From an uncultured Deinococcaceae bacterium (GTDB lineage Bacteria; Deinococcota; Deinococci; Deinococcales; Deinococcaceae), in assembly GCA_964252075.1 (NCBI GenBank), contig CAXULY010000001.1, positions 337,237-401,236 of the forward strand: DNA of 64,000 bases, given 5' to 3'. A program made the position numbers and the translations under genes. Below, in pieces: positions 43,361 through 54,711 of the stretch (the first letter of the stretch is position 1; each line of letters begins with the position of its first letter). The notes under the pieces are model-generated. The model saw only the letters and a program-made list of their open reading frames with translations, ran no database searches and was not told the origin of the DNA.

Positions 43361-44755
43361 ATGACCATGACCCTTAGGAGCAGCACGCCGCCGCAGGGAC
43401 CGCGCGGCCTCGCGGTGGCGCTCGGCCTCATCCTGCTGCTGCTGGCGGGCAGCGCCCTGATCGCCTGGGGCCTCGCGCGCCTCACGGTGGCGGAATTCCC
43501 GAAGGCGCCGCCGTACCTGATCCTGGTGTACCTCGCGGTGGTGCTCATCCCCGCCATGCTGCTGCTCGTGCGGGCCTTCCCGTGGCTGGCGAACTGGTAC
43601 TACCTGGTGCCGTCCATCGTGTTCCTGCTGGCCTTCACGGTGTTCCCGGTGGTCCTCACCGTGAATTTCGCGTTCACGAACTACAGCGGGCAGAACAGCG
43701 GCAACCCCGACACCAGTTACAAGACGCCCATCCGGCTCTCCGCGGACCGCCGCACCGCGACCTTCACGCAGCAGCCCGGCGACGCCCGGACGCTGCAGGA
43801 CCTCTTCCGCTGCCGCACGCAGACCTGCGCAGGCGAGACCATCGTGCTGTTCGACGAGGCGGCCGACACCCCGGTGTCCGCCAGCATCGCGAGCGTGTCG
43901 GGCCTGAGCGTCACCATGACCACCCCGGTCGCCACCACCTTCACCCCGACGGACGCGACCCGCGTGAACCGCATCGATTACCTGGGCCTCGCGAACTTCC
44001 AGCGCATCTTCTCCCGCGCGGGCGTGGAACTCCTCCCGGTGTTCGGGTGGACGGTGGTGTTCGCCTTCGCGACGATCCTGCTGAACGCCGTGGCGGGCCT
44101 CGTGCTGGGCATCCTGCTGTTCAACAAGCGCCTGAAGTTCCGCAACCTGTACCGCACGCTGCTGTTCCTGCCGTGGGCCATCCCGACCGTCATCAGCGTG
44201 CAGATGTGGGCGGCGCTGTACAACCAGCAGTTCGGCATCGTGAACAAGATGCTGGGCCTGCTGGGCGTGAACCCCCTGCCGTGGCTGAGTGACGCGCTGT
44301 GGGCGAAAGTGGCGATCCTGCTGGTGAACCTGTGGCTGGGTTTCCCCTACATGATGACCGCCACCATCAGCGCGCTCTCCACCATCAGCGAGGACCTGTA
44401 CGAGGCCGCCAGCATTGACGGCGCGACGCGCTGGCAGCAGATTCAGTTCATCACGCTGCCGCTGCTGCGCAGCTCGTTCACGCCCATCCTGCTGTCCGGC
44501 TTCGCGTTCAACTTCAACAACTTCGGGATCATCTACCTGCTCACGGCGGGCGCGCCGCCCGTGCCGGGCCGCACCAGCACGGCGGGCGGCACGGACATCC
44601 TGATCTCGTGGGGGTACAACACGGCCTTCGCATCGGCGGGCGGCGCGAATTACTCCGCGGCGAGCGCCATCGCGGTCATCGTGTTCTTCCTGACGCTCGC
44701 CATCAGCCTCGTGAACTTCCGCGCGGCGGGCATCTTCAAGGAGGCGCGCCGATGA
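43361..44755 (+). CDS. malF: Maltodextrin ABC permease
   Basis: [43 protein letters not shown]. Confidence 0.9.
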   Translation: MTMTLRSSTPPQGPRGLAVALGLILLLLAGSALIAWGLARLTVAEFPKAPPYLILVYLAVVLIPAMLLLVRAFPWLANWYYLVPSIVFLLAFTVFPVVLTVNFAFTNYSGQNSGNPDTSYKTPIRLSADRRTATFTQQPGDARTLQDLFRCRTQTCAGETIVLFDEAADTPVSASIASVSGLSVTMTTPVATTFTPTDATRVNRIDYLGLANFQRIFSRAGVELLPVFGWTVVFAFATILLNAVAGLVLGILLFNKRLKFRNLYRTLLFLPWAIPTVISVQMWAALYNQQFGIVNKMLGLLGVNPLPWLSDALWAKVAILLVNLWLGFPYMMTATISALSTISEDLYEAASIDGATRWQQIQFITLPLLRSSFTPILLSGFAFNFNNFGIIYLLTAGAPPVPGRTSTAGGTDILISWGYNTAFASAGGANYSAASAIAVIVFFLTLAISLVNFRAAGIFKEARR

Positions 44756-46125
44756 CCACCACCAAAGGCCCCCTCCCGGACGCCCCGTACGTGCACCGCG
44801 AGCCCGGCCCGCTGCGCCGCGCCGTGCCGTGGCTCATCGCAGCCGTCACGGTCGCGCTCCTGATCGTGCTGGGCGTGATCCTCGCGGGCACCCTGCGGGG
44901 CCGCGCGCCGAGCTTCACCATCGTGGTCATCAAGAACGGCTGGGTGGGCGCGCTGGGCGTGGTGCTGGGCATCGCGGCGGTCATGGCGCTCACCAGCCTG
45001 ATTGGGCAGCGGGTGGGGCAGGCGCGCACGGGGCGCCGCATCAGTTACGCGGCGGTGCTGGGCGACCAGCTCACGCACCTGTTCCTGTGGATCGTGGTGC
45101 TGATCGCCGTGTACCCGCTCTTCTACGTGCTGGTGGCGTCCTTCGACCCTACGAACAGCCTCTTTCAGTTCCCGAACTTCGACGCGAAGAACATCTTCGT
45201 GCGCACGGGCATCTGGCCGGACTTCTCGAAGAGCAACTTCGACAACTACCTGAAGCTCTTCGACGGCGTGACGCTCCCCTGGTACCAGGGCGTGCTGATG
45301 GTCGCTGCGGCCGTGTCGCTCGTCATGATGCTGGTGCTGGGCATCCTGAACCGCGCGCGGCAGGGCCTGAGCGCCCAGGCGGCGCTCGTGCAGACCTGGG
45401 CGACGCGCGTCCTCGTGGTGACGGTCGCGCTCCTCGCGCTCGCCATCACGCCCGCGCAGTTCACGGGGCAGAGCAACGAGAGCCGCTTCATCCTGAGCGT
45501 GCGCAACTCCGTGCTGGTGTCGGGCCTCACGGGCCTCCTCGCGATTCTGCTCAGCACGACCGCCGGGTACGCCATGGCGCGCCTGCGCTTCCCCGGGCGC
45601 TTCCAGATGCTGCTGTTCTTCATCTTCATCCAGATGTTCCCGGTGTTCCTGGGCCTCGTCGCGATCTACTTCATGCTGACCGCGCTGGGCCTCGCGAACA
45701 GCTTCTTGGGCCTCGTGCTGGCGTACTCGGGCGGCGCGATCGCCTTCAACACCTGGATCTTCAAGGGCTTCGTGGAGAGCCTCCCCGAGAGCCTGGAGGA
45801 AGCCGCGATGGTGGACGGCGCGACGCGCTGGCAGACCTTCTGGCGCGTGGTGCTGCCCCTGTCGGGCTCCATGCTGGTGTTCATCTTCCTGAACCAGTTC
45901 ATCGGCACGTACGCGGAGTTCATTCTGTCCTCGGTCATCATGACGGGCGTGGAGCACTGGACGGTCGGCATCATGCTGCAGAGCTTCACGCAGGGGCAGT
46001 TCTCCACGAAGTGGGGCGTGTTCGCGGCGGCGTCGGTGCTGGGCGCCCTGCCGATCATCGCGCTGTTCTACGGCTTCCAGCAGTACTTCGTGGGCGGCGC
46101 GACGGCGGGCGGCGTGAAGGAATAA
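44752..46125 (+). CDS. malG: Maltodextrin ABC permease
   Basis: [41 protein letters not shown] overlap. Confidence 0.9.
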   Translation: MTTTKGPLPDAPYVHREPGPLRRAVPWLIAAVTVALLIVLGVILAGTLRGRAPSFTIVVIKNGWVGALGVVLGIAAVMALTSLIGQRVGQARTGRRISYAAVLGDQLTHLFLWIVVLIAVYPLFYVLVASFDPTNSLFQFPNFDAKNIFVRTGIWPDFSKSNFDNYLKLFDGVTLPWYQGVLMVAAAVSLVMMLVLGILNRARQGLSAQAALVQTWATRVLVVTVALLALAITPAQFTGQSNESRFILSVRNSVLVSGLTGLLAILLSTTAGYAMARLRFPGRFQMLLFFIFIQMFPVFLGLVAIYFMLTALGLANSFLGLVLAYSGGAIAFNTWIFKGFVESLPESLEEAAMVDGATRWQTFWRVVLPLSGSMLVFIFLNQFIGTYAEFILSSVIMTGVEHWTVGIMLQSFTQGQFSTKWGVFAAASVLGALPIIALFYGFQQYFVGGATAGGVKE

Positions 46126-46180
46126 ACTGACCGCGCGGCGCGAACTCGCGCCATACAAGGCACAGGCAACGCTTGCCCTC

Positions 46181-46220
46181 ACGGCACGACCTCCGCGGTT
46201 TCCGAGGTCGTGCCGTTCTT
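46181..46220 (+). terminator. Hairpin/terminator between malG and the GH13 gene
   Basis: ACGGCACGACCTC...GAGGTCGTGCCGT followed by TCTT. Confidence 0.6.
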
Positions 46221-46238
46221 GTTCGGAGGTTTCACCCC

Positions 46239-48047
46239 ATGACCGTGCTGTCCGACCTGCCCGCCTACCACGACCACACGCCCGCGTTCACCAGTCAGCT
46301 CGGCGCGCCCCTCGGCGCGAGCGTCCCGCTGCGCCTGCACACCACCCTGCCCGTCACGGGCGTGCGCCTGAAGCTCGTGGAGCACGGCGAGATCGTGGAG
46401 CGCCCCGCCACACCCATTCCCGGGCGGCCCGGCTGGTTCGAGGCGACGCTGCCCGTCATCGCGGCGCGCGTGCGCTACGCCTGGATGCTGGTGCTGCCGG
46501 ACGACCACCTGAACCTCACGGCGGCGGGCCTGCACCACACGCGCCGCGCGTACCGCGACTGGTTCCAGTACCTCGCGGGGTACGTGGCACCCGAGTGGGC
46601 GTGGAAGAGCGTGTTCTACCAGATCTTCCCGGACCGCTACCGCAACGGCGACCCGGACAGCGACGTGCGGGACGGCGAGTACCTGTACGGCGGGAAGCCC
46701 GTCACGCACCCCGCCTGGGACGCGCCCGTCACGCGCGCGGGCGACATCCATGCGCATTACGGCGGGGACCTGGACGGCATCATGGAGTCCCTGCCGTACC
46801 TCACGGACCTCGGCGTGAACGCCCTGTGGCTCACCCCGATCTTCCAGAGCCCATCCAACCACCGCTACGACACCACCGACTACCGCACCGTGGACCCGCA
46901 CCTGGGTGGGCAGGCGGCGTTCGACGCGCTCATGGCGGAGTCCGCGCAGCGAGACGTGCGCGTGGTGCTGGACGGCGTGTTCAACCACACGGGCAACGAG
47001 CACGCGCTCTTCCAGAAGGCCCTCGCGGACGCCGGCAGCCCCGAACGCGCGATGTTCACCTGGCGGGACGGGCAGCAGCCCCCGTACGCGGCGTTCTCCG
47101 ACGTGCCGACCCTCCCGAAGATCGATTACGGCAGCGAGGCCGCCGCGCAGGAATTCCTGGACGGCGAGGAGAGCGTCGTGCGGCACTGGCTGCGCCAGGG
47201 CGTCGCGGGCTGGCGCCTGGACGTCGCGCACATGATCGGGCGGGGCGGCACGGACGAGGGGAACCTGGAACTGCACCGCCGCCTGAAGCGCGCCGCGCGC
47301 CAGGTGAACCCGCAAGCCTACGTGTTCGGGGAGCGTTTCTTCGACGCGGAGGAAGCGCTGCGCGGCGACGGCGAGGACGGCGCCATGAACTACCACGGCT
47401 TCGGCCTGCCCGTCATGCAGTGGCTGTCGGGCGCCACGCAGTCCGGCGTGCCGAGCCGACTGGACGGCGTGGAACTCGCGGACCTGCTGTGGGACGCCTA
47501 TCACGTGCTGCCCCCGCAGGTCGCGCTGAATCAGTTCAACCTGCTGGACAGCCACGACACGCCGCGCGCCCTGTATCGCCTGGGCGGGGACACCACGAAG
47601 CTCCGCGCGGCGCTCACGCTGCTGCTGGGGTACGCGGGCGTGCCGTGCCTCTTCTACGGCACGGAGGTGGGCCTCACGCAGACGGAGCGCGGCGCGATGC
47701 CCTTCTGCCGGGTGCCCATGCCGTGGGACGAGGCGCGGTGGGACCATGATCTGCTCGCGTGGACGCGCGCCATGATCGCCGTGCGGCGCGAGGCGCTGGT
47801 GCTCCAGCAGGGCAGCCTGCGCTTCCTGCTGGCCGAGCCGGACGCCGTGGGGTTCCTGCGGGCGTACGGAGGGGCGGACGGGCGGGTGGCGTGCGCGGCG
47901 GTGCTCACGTCGCGCCGCAGCGACCCCCATGAGGTGGAGGTGATCCTTCCCGAGGGGACGTGGCGGGACGCGCTGAGCGGCGAGGCGCTGGACGGCGGGG
48001 CGCAGGTCCTGAACCTTACGGGCGGTCGCCTGCTGCTGCAGGAATGA
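46239..48047 (+). CDS. GH13 maltodextrin glucosidase/neopullulanase-like enzyme
   Basis: FYQIFPDR, GGDLDGI, SNHRYDT, DGVFNH, GWRLDVA, FGE, LDSHD. Confidence 0.9.
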   Translation: MTVLSDLPAYHDHTPAFTSQLGAPLGASVPLRLHTTLPVTGVRLKLVEHGEIVERPATPIPGRPGWFEATLPVIAARVRYAWMLVLPDDHLNLTAAGLHHTRRAYRDWFQYLAGYVAPEWAWKSVFYQIFPDRYRNGDPDSDVRDGEYLYGGKPVTHPAWDAPVTRAGDIHAHYGGDLDGIMESLPYLTDLGVNALWLTPIFQSPSNHRYDTTDYRTVDPHLGGQAAFDALMAESAQRDVRVVLDGVFNHTGNEHALFQKALADAGSPERAMFTWRDGQQPPYAAFSDVPTLPKIDYGSEAAAQEFLDGEESVVRHWLRQGVAGWRLDVAHMIGRGGTDEGNLELHRRLKRAARQVNPQAYVFGERFFDAEEALRGDGEDGAMNYHGFGLPVMQWLSGATQSGVPSRLDGVELADLLWDAYHVLPPQVALNQFNLLDSHDTPRALYRLGGDTTKLRAALTLLLGYAGVPCLFYGTEVGLTQTERGAMPFCRVPMPWDEARWDHDLLAWTRAMIAVRREALVLQQGSLRFLLAEPDAVGFLRAYGGADGRVACAAVLTSRRSDPHEVEVILPEGTWRDALSGEALDGGAQVLNLTGGRLLLQE

Positions 48048-48093
48048 ACGCGGGGGGCCGGACGTGATGTCCGGCCCCCCGCGCGTCCCGCGT

Positions 48094-49620
48094 TTACTGG
48101 TCGAGGTAGGTGATTGCGGCGTTCAGGGCAAGGTCGTTGCCCTGCGCCAGCGCTGCAAGGTCGTCCTTGACGTTCTGGTCGGGCGTCACGTCCTCCGTCG
48201 CGTACTGCTTGTTCAGCAGCTTGCCGCGCCCCGACGTGACGCTCAGCGCGCGCTCCGGAGTGCCGGGCAGGTCGAAAATGTACGTGAAGGTGTTCCCCAC
48301 GCCGTATGTCTCTTCCCCGATCACGCGGGTGTTCCCACCGAGGCGCAGCACCTGCGCGAACAGCTCCGAGGCGCTCGCGCTGTACTGCGTGGTGAGGATG
48401 ACGGTTTTACCCGTCCACTGGTCCGGCGCGGCGATCGGCATGGTGTACTGGCCGTCCTCCACGCACACGTCCGTCGCGACGACCGCCTTGCGCGCGGCGT
48501 CGTACCGGAAGGTGGTGTCGTTGGCGGTGTTGTCCTCCAGAATCTCGCCCGCCTGGTTCGGCGCGAAGGCTGCGGCGGCCCCCACGAACTGACTGATGAG
48601 CCCGCCGCCGTTGTCCCGCAGGTCAATGATGATGTCGCTCGCGCCCGCGGCCTTCGCCTGCGTCACCAGGGCATGCACCTTGTCCGCGATGCCGTTCCCG
48701 CTGAAGGTTGGGATGCGCAGGTAATAGTGCTTCTTGCCCGCCTGGTCCTGCTTCAGCTCGCCCCACGGCAACGCGGTGGAGCTGATGATCTTCGCGGCGA
48801 TCTGCGCGGTCTTCGTTTCGCCGCCGCGCGTGTACGTCACCGTGACGGGCGCGGCGAGCGCGGCGGCGTCCGTGATGATTTTCGTGAACGCCGCGGCGTT
48901 CCGGGCGTCCCCATCGTCCGTTCCGCTGGTGTCCACGCGCGTGAAGGCGTGCCCGTTCATTTCAGTGAGCACGTCGCCGCGCCGCAGGCCCGCCGCGTAG
49001 AAGGGCGCGTCCGCCGTGACGTCCAGCACCAGCACGCCGTCCGCACCAGGAATCAGGGCGCGCATGAAACCGAATCGCGGCGTGGGCGTGGGGTTGCCCG
49101 CCTCGCTGTCGCGGAAGGAAGTGGCGCTCGCGGCGTCTAGGTAAAAGGTGTGCCCGTCCTTGATTTCACTGATGTACTGCCCCATGGTGGTGTCTACGGC
49201 GGCGTCGATGGGGTACAGGGCGAGGCTCTTGTCCCGGCCCTGCTTGAAGATTGCGGCGTACTTCTGGTGGAGGGCCTGCAGGTCCACGGGGCTGAAGCCG
49301 TAGTAGTACCCGTTCACGAGGGCGCGGGTGTCGAACAGCAGGCTCTGCAGGTTGCTCGGCAGGTCCGCCTGCGCGCGCAGGTTGGGGTGGCGCACGTAGT
49401 TCTGTCCCGCGAGGTGCTCGAAGCCCACGAGGCGCGCGGCGCCCGCCGTGGAGGAAGGGGCGCAGTTCGCCGTGGCGGGACGGACCGTGACCGGAACGAA
49501 GGGCAGGTCCCCCTCGACGGGCTTCTCCACCGTGACTGTTTTCTCGACGACCGTCTGTCCACACGCGGCGAGCAGCAGGGAGAGCCCCAGCACGCCAGCC
49601 ATGCTCTGCATTTTCATCAC
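48094..49620 (-). CDS. S41 (tail-specific) peptidase lipoprotein with PDZ domain
   Basis: LLAAC lipobox; DGHT, GLRRGD, IDLRDNGGG, SASASE, GEETYGVG; TAAGCT 6 nt before GTG. Confidence 0.88.
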   Translation of the reverse strand: MMKMQSMAGVLGLSLLLAACGQTVVEKTVTVEKPVEGDLPFVPVTVRPATANCAPSSTAGAARLVGFEHLAGQNYVRHPNLRAQADLPSNLQSLLFDTRALVNGYYYGFSPVDLQALHQKYAAIFKQGRDKSLALYPIDAAVDTTMGQYISEIKDGHTFYLDAASATSFRDSEAGNPTPTPRFGFMRALIPGADGVLVLDVTADAPFYAAGLRRGDVLTEMNGHAFTRVDTSGTDDGDARNAAAFTKIITDAAALAAPVTVTYTRGGETKTAQIAAKIISSTALPWGELKQDQAGKKHYYLRIPTFSGNGIADKVHALVTQAKAAGASDIIIDLRDNGGGLISQFVGAAAAFAPNQAGEILEDNTANDTTFRYDAARKAVVATDVCVEDGQYTMPIAAPDQWTGKTVILTTQYSASASELFAQVLRLGGNTRVIGEETYGVGNTFTYIFDLPGTPERALSVTSGRGKLLNKQYATEDVTPDQNVKDDLAALAQGNDLALNAAITYLDQ

Positions 49621-49712
49621 CCGACGAGCTTAGCGTAGGGCGTCGTGGGTCGCCATCACGTTTTACACGTCAGCGCCAGGGGATGACGCTGACGGATGGA
49701 GTACAGTCGGAC

Positions 49713-50565
49713 ATGAGGGACGTGGCGGCGGTAACGACGTGAGGCAGGCGCATCACGCGCGCGGCGAGTTCGAGAGGGTGGCGTTGGTCGCGCGGGCAGG
49801 ACGTGCTGTTCCAGCGTTCGGGCTCGCGGACCTCGTGTGGGGGATGACGCACGCGCGGACTACACGCTTTCGCCTCGCGTTCATCACGAAGCAGTTCGCG
49901 GCCCTGGAGGCGGGCGCGTTGCGGCTCGACGAGCCCATCGCGGGGGCCCTCGACTGGTTCTGGCCGGACGTCGCGCGCGTCATGACGCTGCGCCACCTGC
50001 TCACGCACACGTCCGGTCGCCGGACATGCGGGACACTCGCGCGGTGGTGGAGGCGCGCTGCAGCGGCGACCTGTTGGGCGCACCGAACGCACACGTTCGG
50101 GACAACAACGCCGATGACCTGGTGGTGCAGGCCCTGCTGGAGCGCATGAGCGGCCAGCCCTTCGCAGCGTTGCTGGCGGAGCGGGTGCTGGACCCGCTGG
50201 GCATGCGGGACAGCGAGTTCCCGCTGGACAATGAGATCGTGCCGCGCTTCACCTCAGGGTACGAGGAGGGGCCGGACGGTGCGCCGCGCCCGGAGGACCC
50301 TCAATTCTCGGAGCGCTACGGCGCGGCGGGCGTCAACTTCGGCACGGCGACAGACCCGCTGCGCTGGAACACCGCCCTGCAGGCGGACCGCCTACTGACG
50401 CACGCGACACGGGACGTGATGTCGGCGCCGGAGCCCAGCCTGTGCTTCGTGGCGCTCGGTTCCTGGATGGACGACTGGGCGCCCGACGTGCGCCTCGTGG
50501 ATTGGCAGGGCGCGCTGGGGAGATTTTACCTTCTGAACCTGCAGGCGCTGGGGCCGCTGCACTGA
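49713..50565 (+). pseudogene. Decayed serine hydrolase (beta-lactamase/PBP-like) pseudogene
   Basis: Fragments in different frames: FRLAFITKQF (SxxK Ser to Phe), TLRHLLTHTSG, ERMSGQPF...VLDPLGMRDS; early stop after 9 codons. Confidence 0.75.
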
Positions 50566-51029
50566 TGCGCGTCGGGGTGATCAGCGACACGCACGGCCTG
50601 CTGCGTCCCGAGGTGCCCGAGCTGCTGCGGGGCGTGGACGTGATCCTGCACGCGGGGGACGTGGGCGACCCCGCGATTTTGGAGGCGCTCGCGGGCATCG
50701 CGCCCGTGCATGCGGTGCGCGGGAACGTGGACCGCGGGCCGGGCCTCGCGGAGCTCCCGGAGACGCTGGCAGTGGAGTTGGATGGCGCGTGGATGTTCAT
50801 GCTGCACGACGTGAACACCCTGGATCTGTCGCCGGGCGCGGCGGGCTTCCGGGTGGTGGTGAGCGGGCACAGCCACCGCCCGGCGCTGCGCGAGGCGGAC
50901 GGCGTGCTGTTCCTGAACCCGGGGAGTTGCGGGCCGAGGCGCTTCAAGCTCCCCCTCGGCGTGGCGTTCCTGACGGTCGAGGGGGGCGAGGTGAGCGCCG
51001 AGCTGGTGGGCTTGGGGGAGCGCCCTTAG
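50565..51029 (+). CDS. Metallophosphoesterase (YfcE/MJ0936-like)
   Basis: ISDTHG, HAGD, VRGNVD, SGHSH, NPGSCG. Confidence 0.9.
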   Translation: MRVGVISDTHGLLRPEVPELLRGVDVILHAGDVGDPAILEALAGIAPVHAVRGNVDRGPGLAELPETLAVELDGAWMFMLHDVNTLDLSPGAAGFRVVVSGHSHRPALREADGVLFLNPGSCGPRRFKLPLGVAFLTVEGGEVSAELVGLGERP

Positions 51030-52063
51030 CGCGTCTCGGTGACCTTGCGCAGCAGCGGGGGCTCGTCGGGGTTCAGGCCGCGGCCCAGCGATAGGTGCGC
51101 GGCGAACAGGTAGAAGACCAGCGCGGACACCACGGGGTCCGTGAGGGCGTGACCGCTGGCGGGCGTGGCGAGGCGCGTGAGGTCGGCGGCCTCGCCCGCG
51201 CCGAAGAGCAGCAGGTCCGCGCCGCCCACCGCGAGGTCCGCGTAGGCCTGTGCGGTGGCGGGGCCGGCGGCGTCCACGGACGTGAACCCCAGCACCGGGT
51301 AGCCTTCCGCGAGCAGGCGGCGGGGGCCGTGCGCGAACTCGGCGGCGCTGTACGCCTCGGCGTGCAGGCCGCTGGTCTCCTTGAGTTTCAGCGCGGCTTC
51401 CTGCGCGATGCCGAAGTGCAGGCCGCGCGCGAGGACGAGGGCGTGGCTGGCGTACCGGTAGGGTTCGGCGCGCTGGGCGGCCTGTCCCTCCAGCTGCAGC
51501 GCGCGTTCCAGCACGTCCGGTAGGGCGTCGAGTGCGGGCCCGAGCGTGGGGTCCGCGCCGAGCGCGGTGAGCAGGGGGAGCAGGGCCGTGAGGCTCGCCA
51601 TGAAGCTCTTGGTGGCGGCCACCGCGCGTTCGGGGCCGCAGCGCAGGGGCAGCACGAATTCGGCGGCCTGCGCGAGGGGGCTGTCCTCCACGTTCACGAG
51701 GGCGACGGTGGTGGCGCCGCCCGCGCGGGCCATGCTGAGGCTCTCCACCACGTCGGGGCTCGCGCCGGACTGCGAGATGGCGATCACGAGGGCGCCCGCG
51801 AGGTTCAGCTGCGCGCCGTACAGGGTGTGCACGCTGGGGCCGAGGCTCGCGACGGGGAGGCTCAGGGTGGTTTCGAGGGCGTACTTGAGGACGGTGGCGG
51901 CGTGGTCGCTGGACCCGCGCGCGATGGTGACGGCGTAGGCGGGCCGCCGTTCGCGCACGGCGGTGGCGAGGTCGCGGATGAGGTCGGCGTTCTCGCGGGT
52001 CTGGCGGCGGATGACGGCGGGCGCCTCGCGCGTTTCGGTGAGCATCAGCGGGTGGTGGGTCAT
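51026..52063 (-). CDS. SIS-domain glucosamine-6-phosphate deaminase (NagB-II / GlmS C-terminal-like)
   Basis: ARGSSDHA, ISQSGAS, VAATKSF, EAALKLKET, EFAHGP, LRKVTET. Confidence 0.85.
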   Translation of the reverse strand: MTHHPLMLTETREAPAVIRRQTRENADLIRDLATAVRERRPAYAVTIARGSSDHAATVLKYALETTLSLPVASLGPSVHTLYGAQLNLAGALVIAISQSGASPDVVESLSMARAGGATTVALVNVEDSPLAQAAEFVLPLRCGPERAVAATKSFMASLTALLPLLTALGADPTLGPALDALPDVLERALQLEGQAAQRAEPYRYASHALVLARGLHFGIAQEAALKLKETSGLHAEAYSAAEFAHGPRRLLAEGYPVLGFTSVDAAGPATAQAYADLAVGGADLLLFGAGEAADLTRLATPASGHALTDPVVSALVFYLFAAHLSLGRGLNPDEPPLLRKVTETR

Positions 52064-52161
52064 GCGGCACCTGTCATGCTGGTATTGTCCGTGCTGAAAA
52101 TTGTTTCTGTCAAATTGAGCGCTTATGGAGGTGAATTTTCAGGAAGAGTTCCCTTGCATTT

Positions 52162-52177
52162 AGGTGTTTCAACACGT
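52162..52177. promoter_or_regulatory. MarR operator copy 1
   Basis: AGGTGTT-tc-AACACGT abutting the -10 TAATTT. Confidence 0.65.
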
Positions 52178-52188
52178 AATTTGGAGGC

Positions 52189-52665
52189 GTGGCTGGCAGC
52201 CTCCTCGACGAGATCAAACAACGTCAGCCCTTCCAGAGCCTGGAGGAAGAAGCGTTCCTGAACATCTTGCGCACCGCTCAGGTGCTGTCCGACGGCATTG
52301 AGGCGCTCCTGCGGCCGTACGGCATCAGCCGCCCCCAGTACAACGTGCTGCGCATCCTGCGCGGCGCGGGCCCGGCCGGACTGGGCCGTAATGAGGTCCG
52401 TGACCGCCTCCTCACGCGCATGCCGGACGTCACCCGGCTGCTGGATCACCTGGAAAGCAGCCATCTCGTCCAGCGCCAGCGTGGGCAGCAGGACCGGCGC
52501 GCCGTCACCGCCCACCTCACCCCTCAGGGGCTCGCGCTCGTCAACGGCCTCGACGAACCCGTGCGTGACCTCATTCACGCCCAGCTCGGCCACCTCACAC
52601 CCGAGAACCTCCGTCACCTCAGCGACCTGCTCCTCGCGGTCCGCAGCCCGACATCACCCCGATGA
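52189..52665 (+). CDS. MarR-family transcriptional regulator
   Basis: QYNVLRILRG, PDVTRLLD, DRR...LT.QG. Confidence 0.9.
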   Translation: MAGSLLDEIKQRQPFQSLEEEAFLNILRTAQVLSDGIEALLRPYGISRPQYNVLRILRGAGPAGLGRNEVRDRLLTRMPDVTRLLDHLESSHLVQRQRGQQDRRAVTAHLTPQGLALVNGLDEPVRDLIHAQLGHLTPENLRHLSDLLLAVRSPTSPR

Positions 52666-52684
52666 TCTTGCTTTTCTGCTTTTT

Positions 52685-52700
52685 AGGTGTTCCAACACCT
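52685..52700. promoter_or_regulatory. MarR operator copy 2
   Basis: AGGTGTT-cc-AACACCT perfect palindrome upstream of the DoxX gene. Confidence 0.7.
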
Positions 52701-52785
52701 GATTTGTCCCCGCCGGAGGTTCACCTGCGCAGCGCTTCACCGTCCGCCCCCACACCCCACCCCTCACCCACCCCTGGAGTTCACC

Positions 52786-53217
52786 ATGACCACCCACCGC
52801 ACGACCGCCCCCACCCCCACCTCTAAGCGACTCATCCACATTGGCCTGTGGCTGCTGCAGGCGGTGCTCGCGGCGCTGTTCCTCGCCACCGGACTCGCCA
52901 AGCTGCTGCTCCCCATCGCGCAACTGTCCGCCATGATGCCGTGGGCGACCAGCATGCCGGACCTCGTCGTCCGCTTCATCGGCCTCGCCGAGGTGGCGGG
53001 CGCCCTGGGCCTGCTGCTGCCGTCCATCACGCGCGTTCGCCCGAACCTCACGCCGCTGTCCGCGCTGGGCCTGCTCACCGTCATGATCCTCGCGATGGTC
53101 CTGCACCTCTCGCGCAGCGAGGGCATGATGATCGGCGTGACCTTCACGCTCGCCGTGCTGGTGTGCGTCGTGGCCTGGGGCCGCAGCGCCGTCGCGCCCA
53201 TCGCGCCGCGCCGCTGA
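52786..53217 (+). CDS. DoxX-family membrane protein
   Basis: LWLLQAVLAALF..G..KL, RFIGLAEVAGALGLLLP, AMVLH. Confidence 0.88.
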   Translation: MTTHRTTAPTPTSKRLIHIGLWLLQAVLAALFLATGLAKLLLPIAQLSAMMPWATSMPDLVVRFIGLAEVAGALGLLLPSITRVRPNLTPLSALGLLTVMILAMVLHLSRSEGMMIGVTFTLAVLVCVVAWGRSAVAPIAPRR

Positions 53218-53281
53218 GCTCAGCAAGCGCAGGGCGGGCCGACACGCGTCACGTCGGCCCGCCCTGCGCAACAATGGCAGG

Positions 53282-54262
53282 ATGACGCGCGCGCTCGGTG
53301 ACGGCGGACCGCCCCTCTCCCCCATCTCGCTGGGCCTCGCGGCGCTCGGTCGGCCCGGCTACATCAACCTCGGGCACGCCGAGGACCTGCAGGGCGCCCG
53401 CGACGTGGACGCCCTGCGCGACCGCGCGTGGGCGGTGCTGGACGCCGCGTGGGCGGCGGGCGTGCGGTCCTTCGACGCGGCGCGCAGTTACGGACAGGCC
53501 GAAGCCTTCCTGTCCGGCTGGCTTCACGCGCGGAAGGTCGCGCCGGACAGCGTCACGGTGAGCAGCAAGTGGGGGTACACCTACACGGCCGCCTGGCAGA
53601 TGGACGCGGAGCGCCACGAGGTGAAGGAGCACAGCGCCGAGAACCTGGACCGGCAGTGGCCCGAAACGCAGGCGCTGCTCGGCCCCTGGCTGCGCGCGTA
53701 CCTGATTCACTCCGCGACGCTGGAGAGCGGCGTGCTGGAGAACGGGGCGGTGCTGGAGCGCCTTGCCGCGCGCGCCGAGCGCGGCCTGCGGGTGGGCCTC
53801 AGCCTGAGCGGTCCGCGACAGGCCGACACCCTGCGCCGGGCGCTCACCGTGCAGGTGAACGGGCAGAACCCCTTCTCGGTGGTGCAGGCCACCTGGAACC
53901 TCATGGAGCCCTCCTGCGGCCCGGCCCTCGCGGAGGCGCGCGCGGCCGGCTGGACCGTGGTGGTGAAGGAAGCCGTCGCGAACGGCCGCCTGACCGCGCG
54001 CGGCGCGGAGGCGCGCCACCCCGCCCTGCGCGCCGTGTGCGCGCACACGGGCGCCACGCCGGACGCCGTGGCGCTCGCGGCAGCCCTCGCGCAACCGTGG
54101 ATCAGCACCGCGCTGAGCGGCGCGACCAGCGTGGAGCAGCTGCACAGCAACCTGCACGGCCTGCACCTGAAGCTCACCCCCACCGATCTCGCGGAACTCG
54201 GCGCCCTCGCCCTGCCCGCCGAGCGCTACTGGGCGGAGCGCGGCGCGCTCCCCTGGAATTAA
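53282..54262 (+). CDS. Aldo/keto reductase
   Basis: [37 protein letters not shown]. Confidence 0.9.
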   Translation: MTRALGDGGPPLSPISLGLAALGRPGYINLGHAEDLQGARDVDALRDRAWAVLDAAWAAGVRSFDAARSYGQAEAFLSGWLHARKVAPDSVTVSSKWGYTYTAAWQMDAERHEVKEHSAENLDRQWPETQALLGPWLRAYLIHSATLESGVLENGAVLERLAARAERGLRVGLSLSGPRQADTLRRALTVQVNGQNPFSVVQATWNLMEPSCGPALAEARAAGWTVVVKEAVANGRLTARGAEARHPALRAVCAHTGATPDAVALAAALAQPWISTALSGATSVEQLHSNLHGLHLKLTPTDLAELGALALPAERYWAERGALPWN

Positions 54263-54648
54263 GGGTCGAGGGCGTCCGCCTCGATCTCGACCCGCATGCG
54301 CGGGTCGATGAGCGCCGCGACCTGCACCATGGTGCACGCTGGGCGCACCTCACCGAACACCTCGCCGTGCGCGCGGCCCACCGCCTCCCAGTCCCGCGCG
54401 ATGTCCGTCACGAAGATGCGCGTGCGCACCACCGCGCTCAGGCCCGACCCGGCCCGCTCCAGGGCCGAGGCGATGTTCGCGAGGACCTGCACGGTCTGCG
54501 CGTACGCGTCGCCCTCACCGACGAGCGCGCCATCCGGTCCCGTGGCGGTGGTGCCCGCCACCACCACGTGCGGGCCGACGCGCACCGCACGGGAATACCC
54601 GACGATGGCTTCGTAGGGGGACGTACCGGGAATGTTGGTTCTGGTCAT
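54259..54648 (-). CDS. RidA/YjgF family protein
   Basis: [30 protein letters not shown]. Confidence 0.9.
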   Translation of the reverse strand: MTRTNIPGTSPYEAIVGYSRAVRVGPHVVVAGTTATGPDGALVGEGDAYAQTVQVLANIASALERAGSGLSAVVRTRIFVTDIARDWEAVGRAHGEVFGEVRPACTMVQVAALIDPRMRVEIEADALDP

Positions 54649-54711
54649 GAGGGCAGGATAAGCCGCGCATCAACTCATGCAGGGACAGCGCGGCGCGCGT
54701 ACCCTGGCGAG

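Noticed and set aside
52080..52142. TGGTATT and the CTGAAAATT...AATTTTCAG dyad upstream of the SIS gene as a Nag regulator site or radiation-response motif
   Set aside because: Single weak match with a long spacer; does not fit a 17-bp radiation/desiccation response palindrome.
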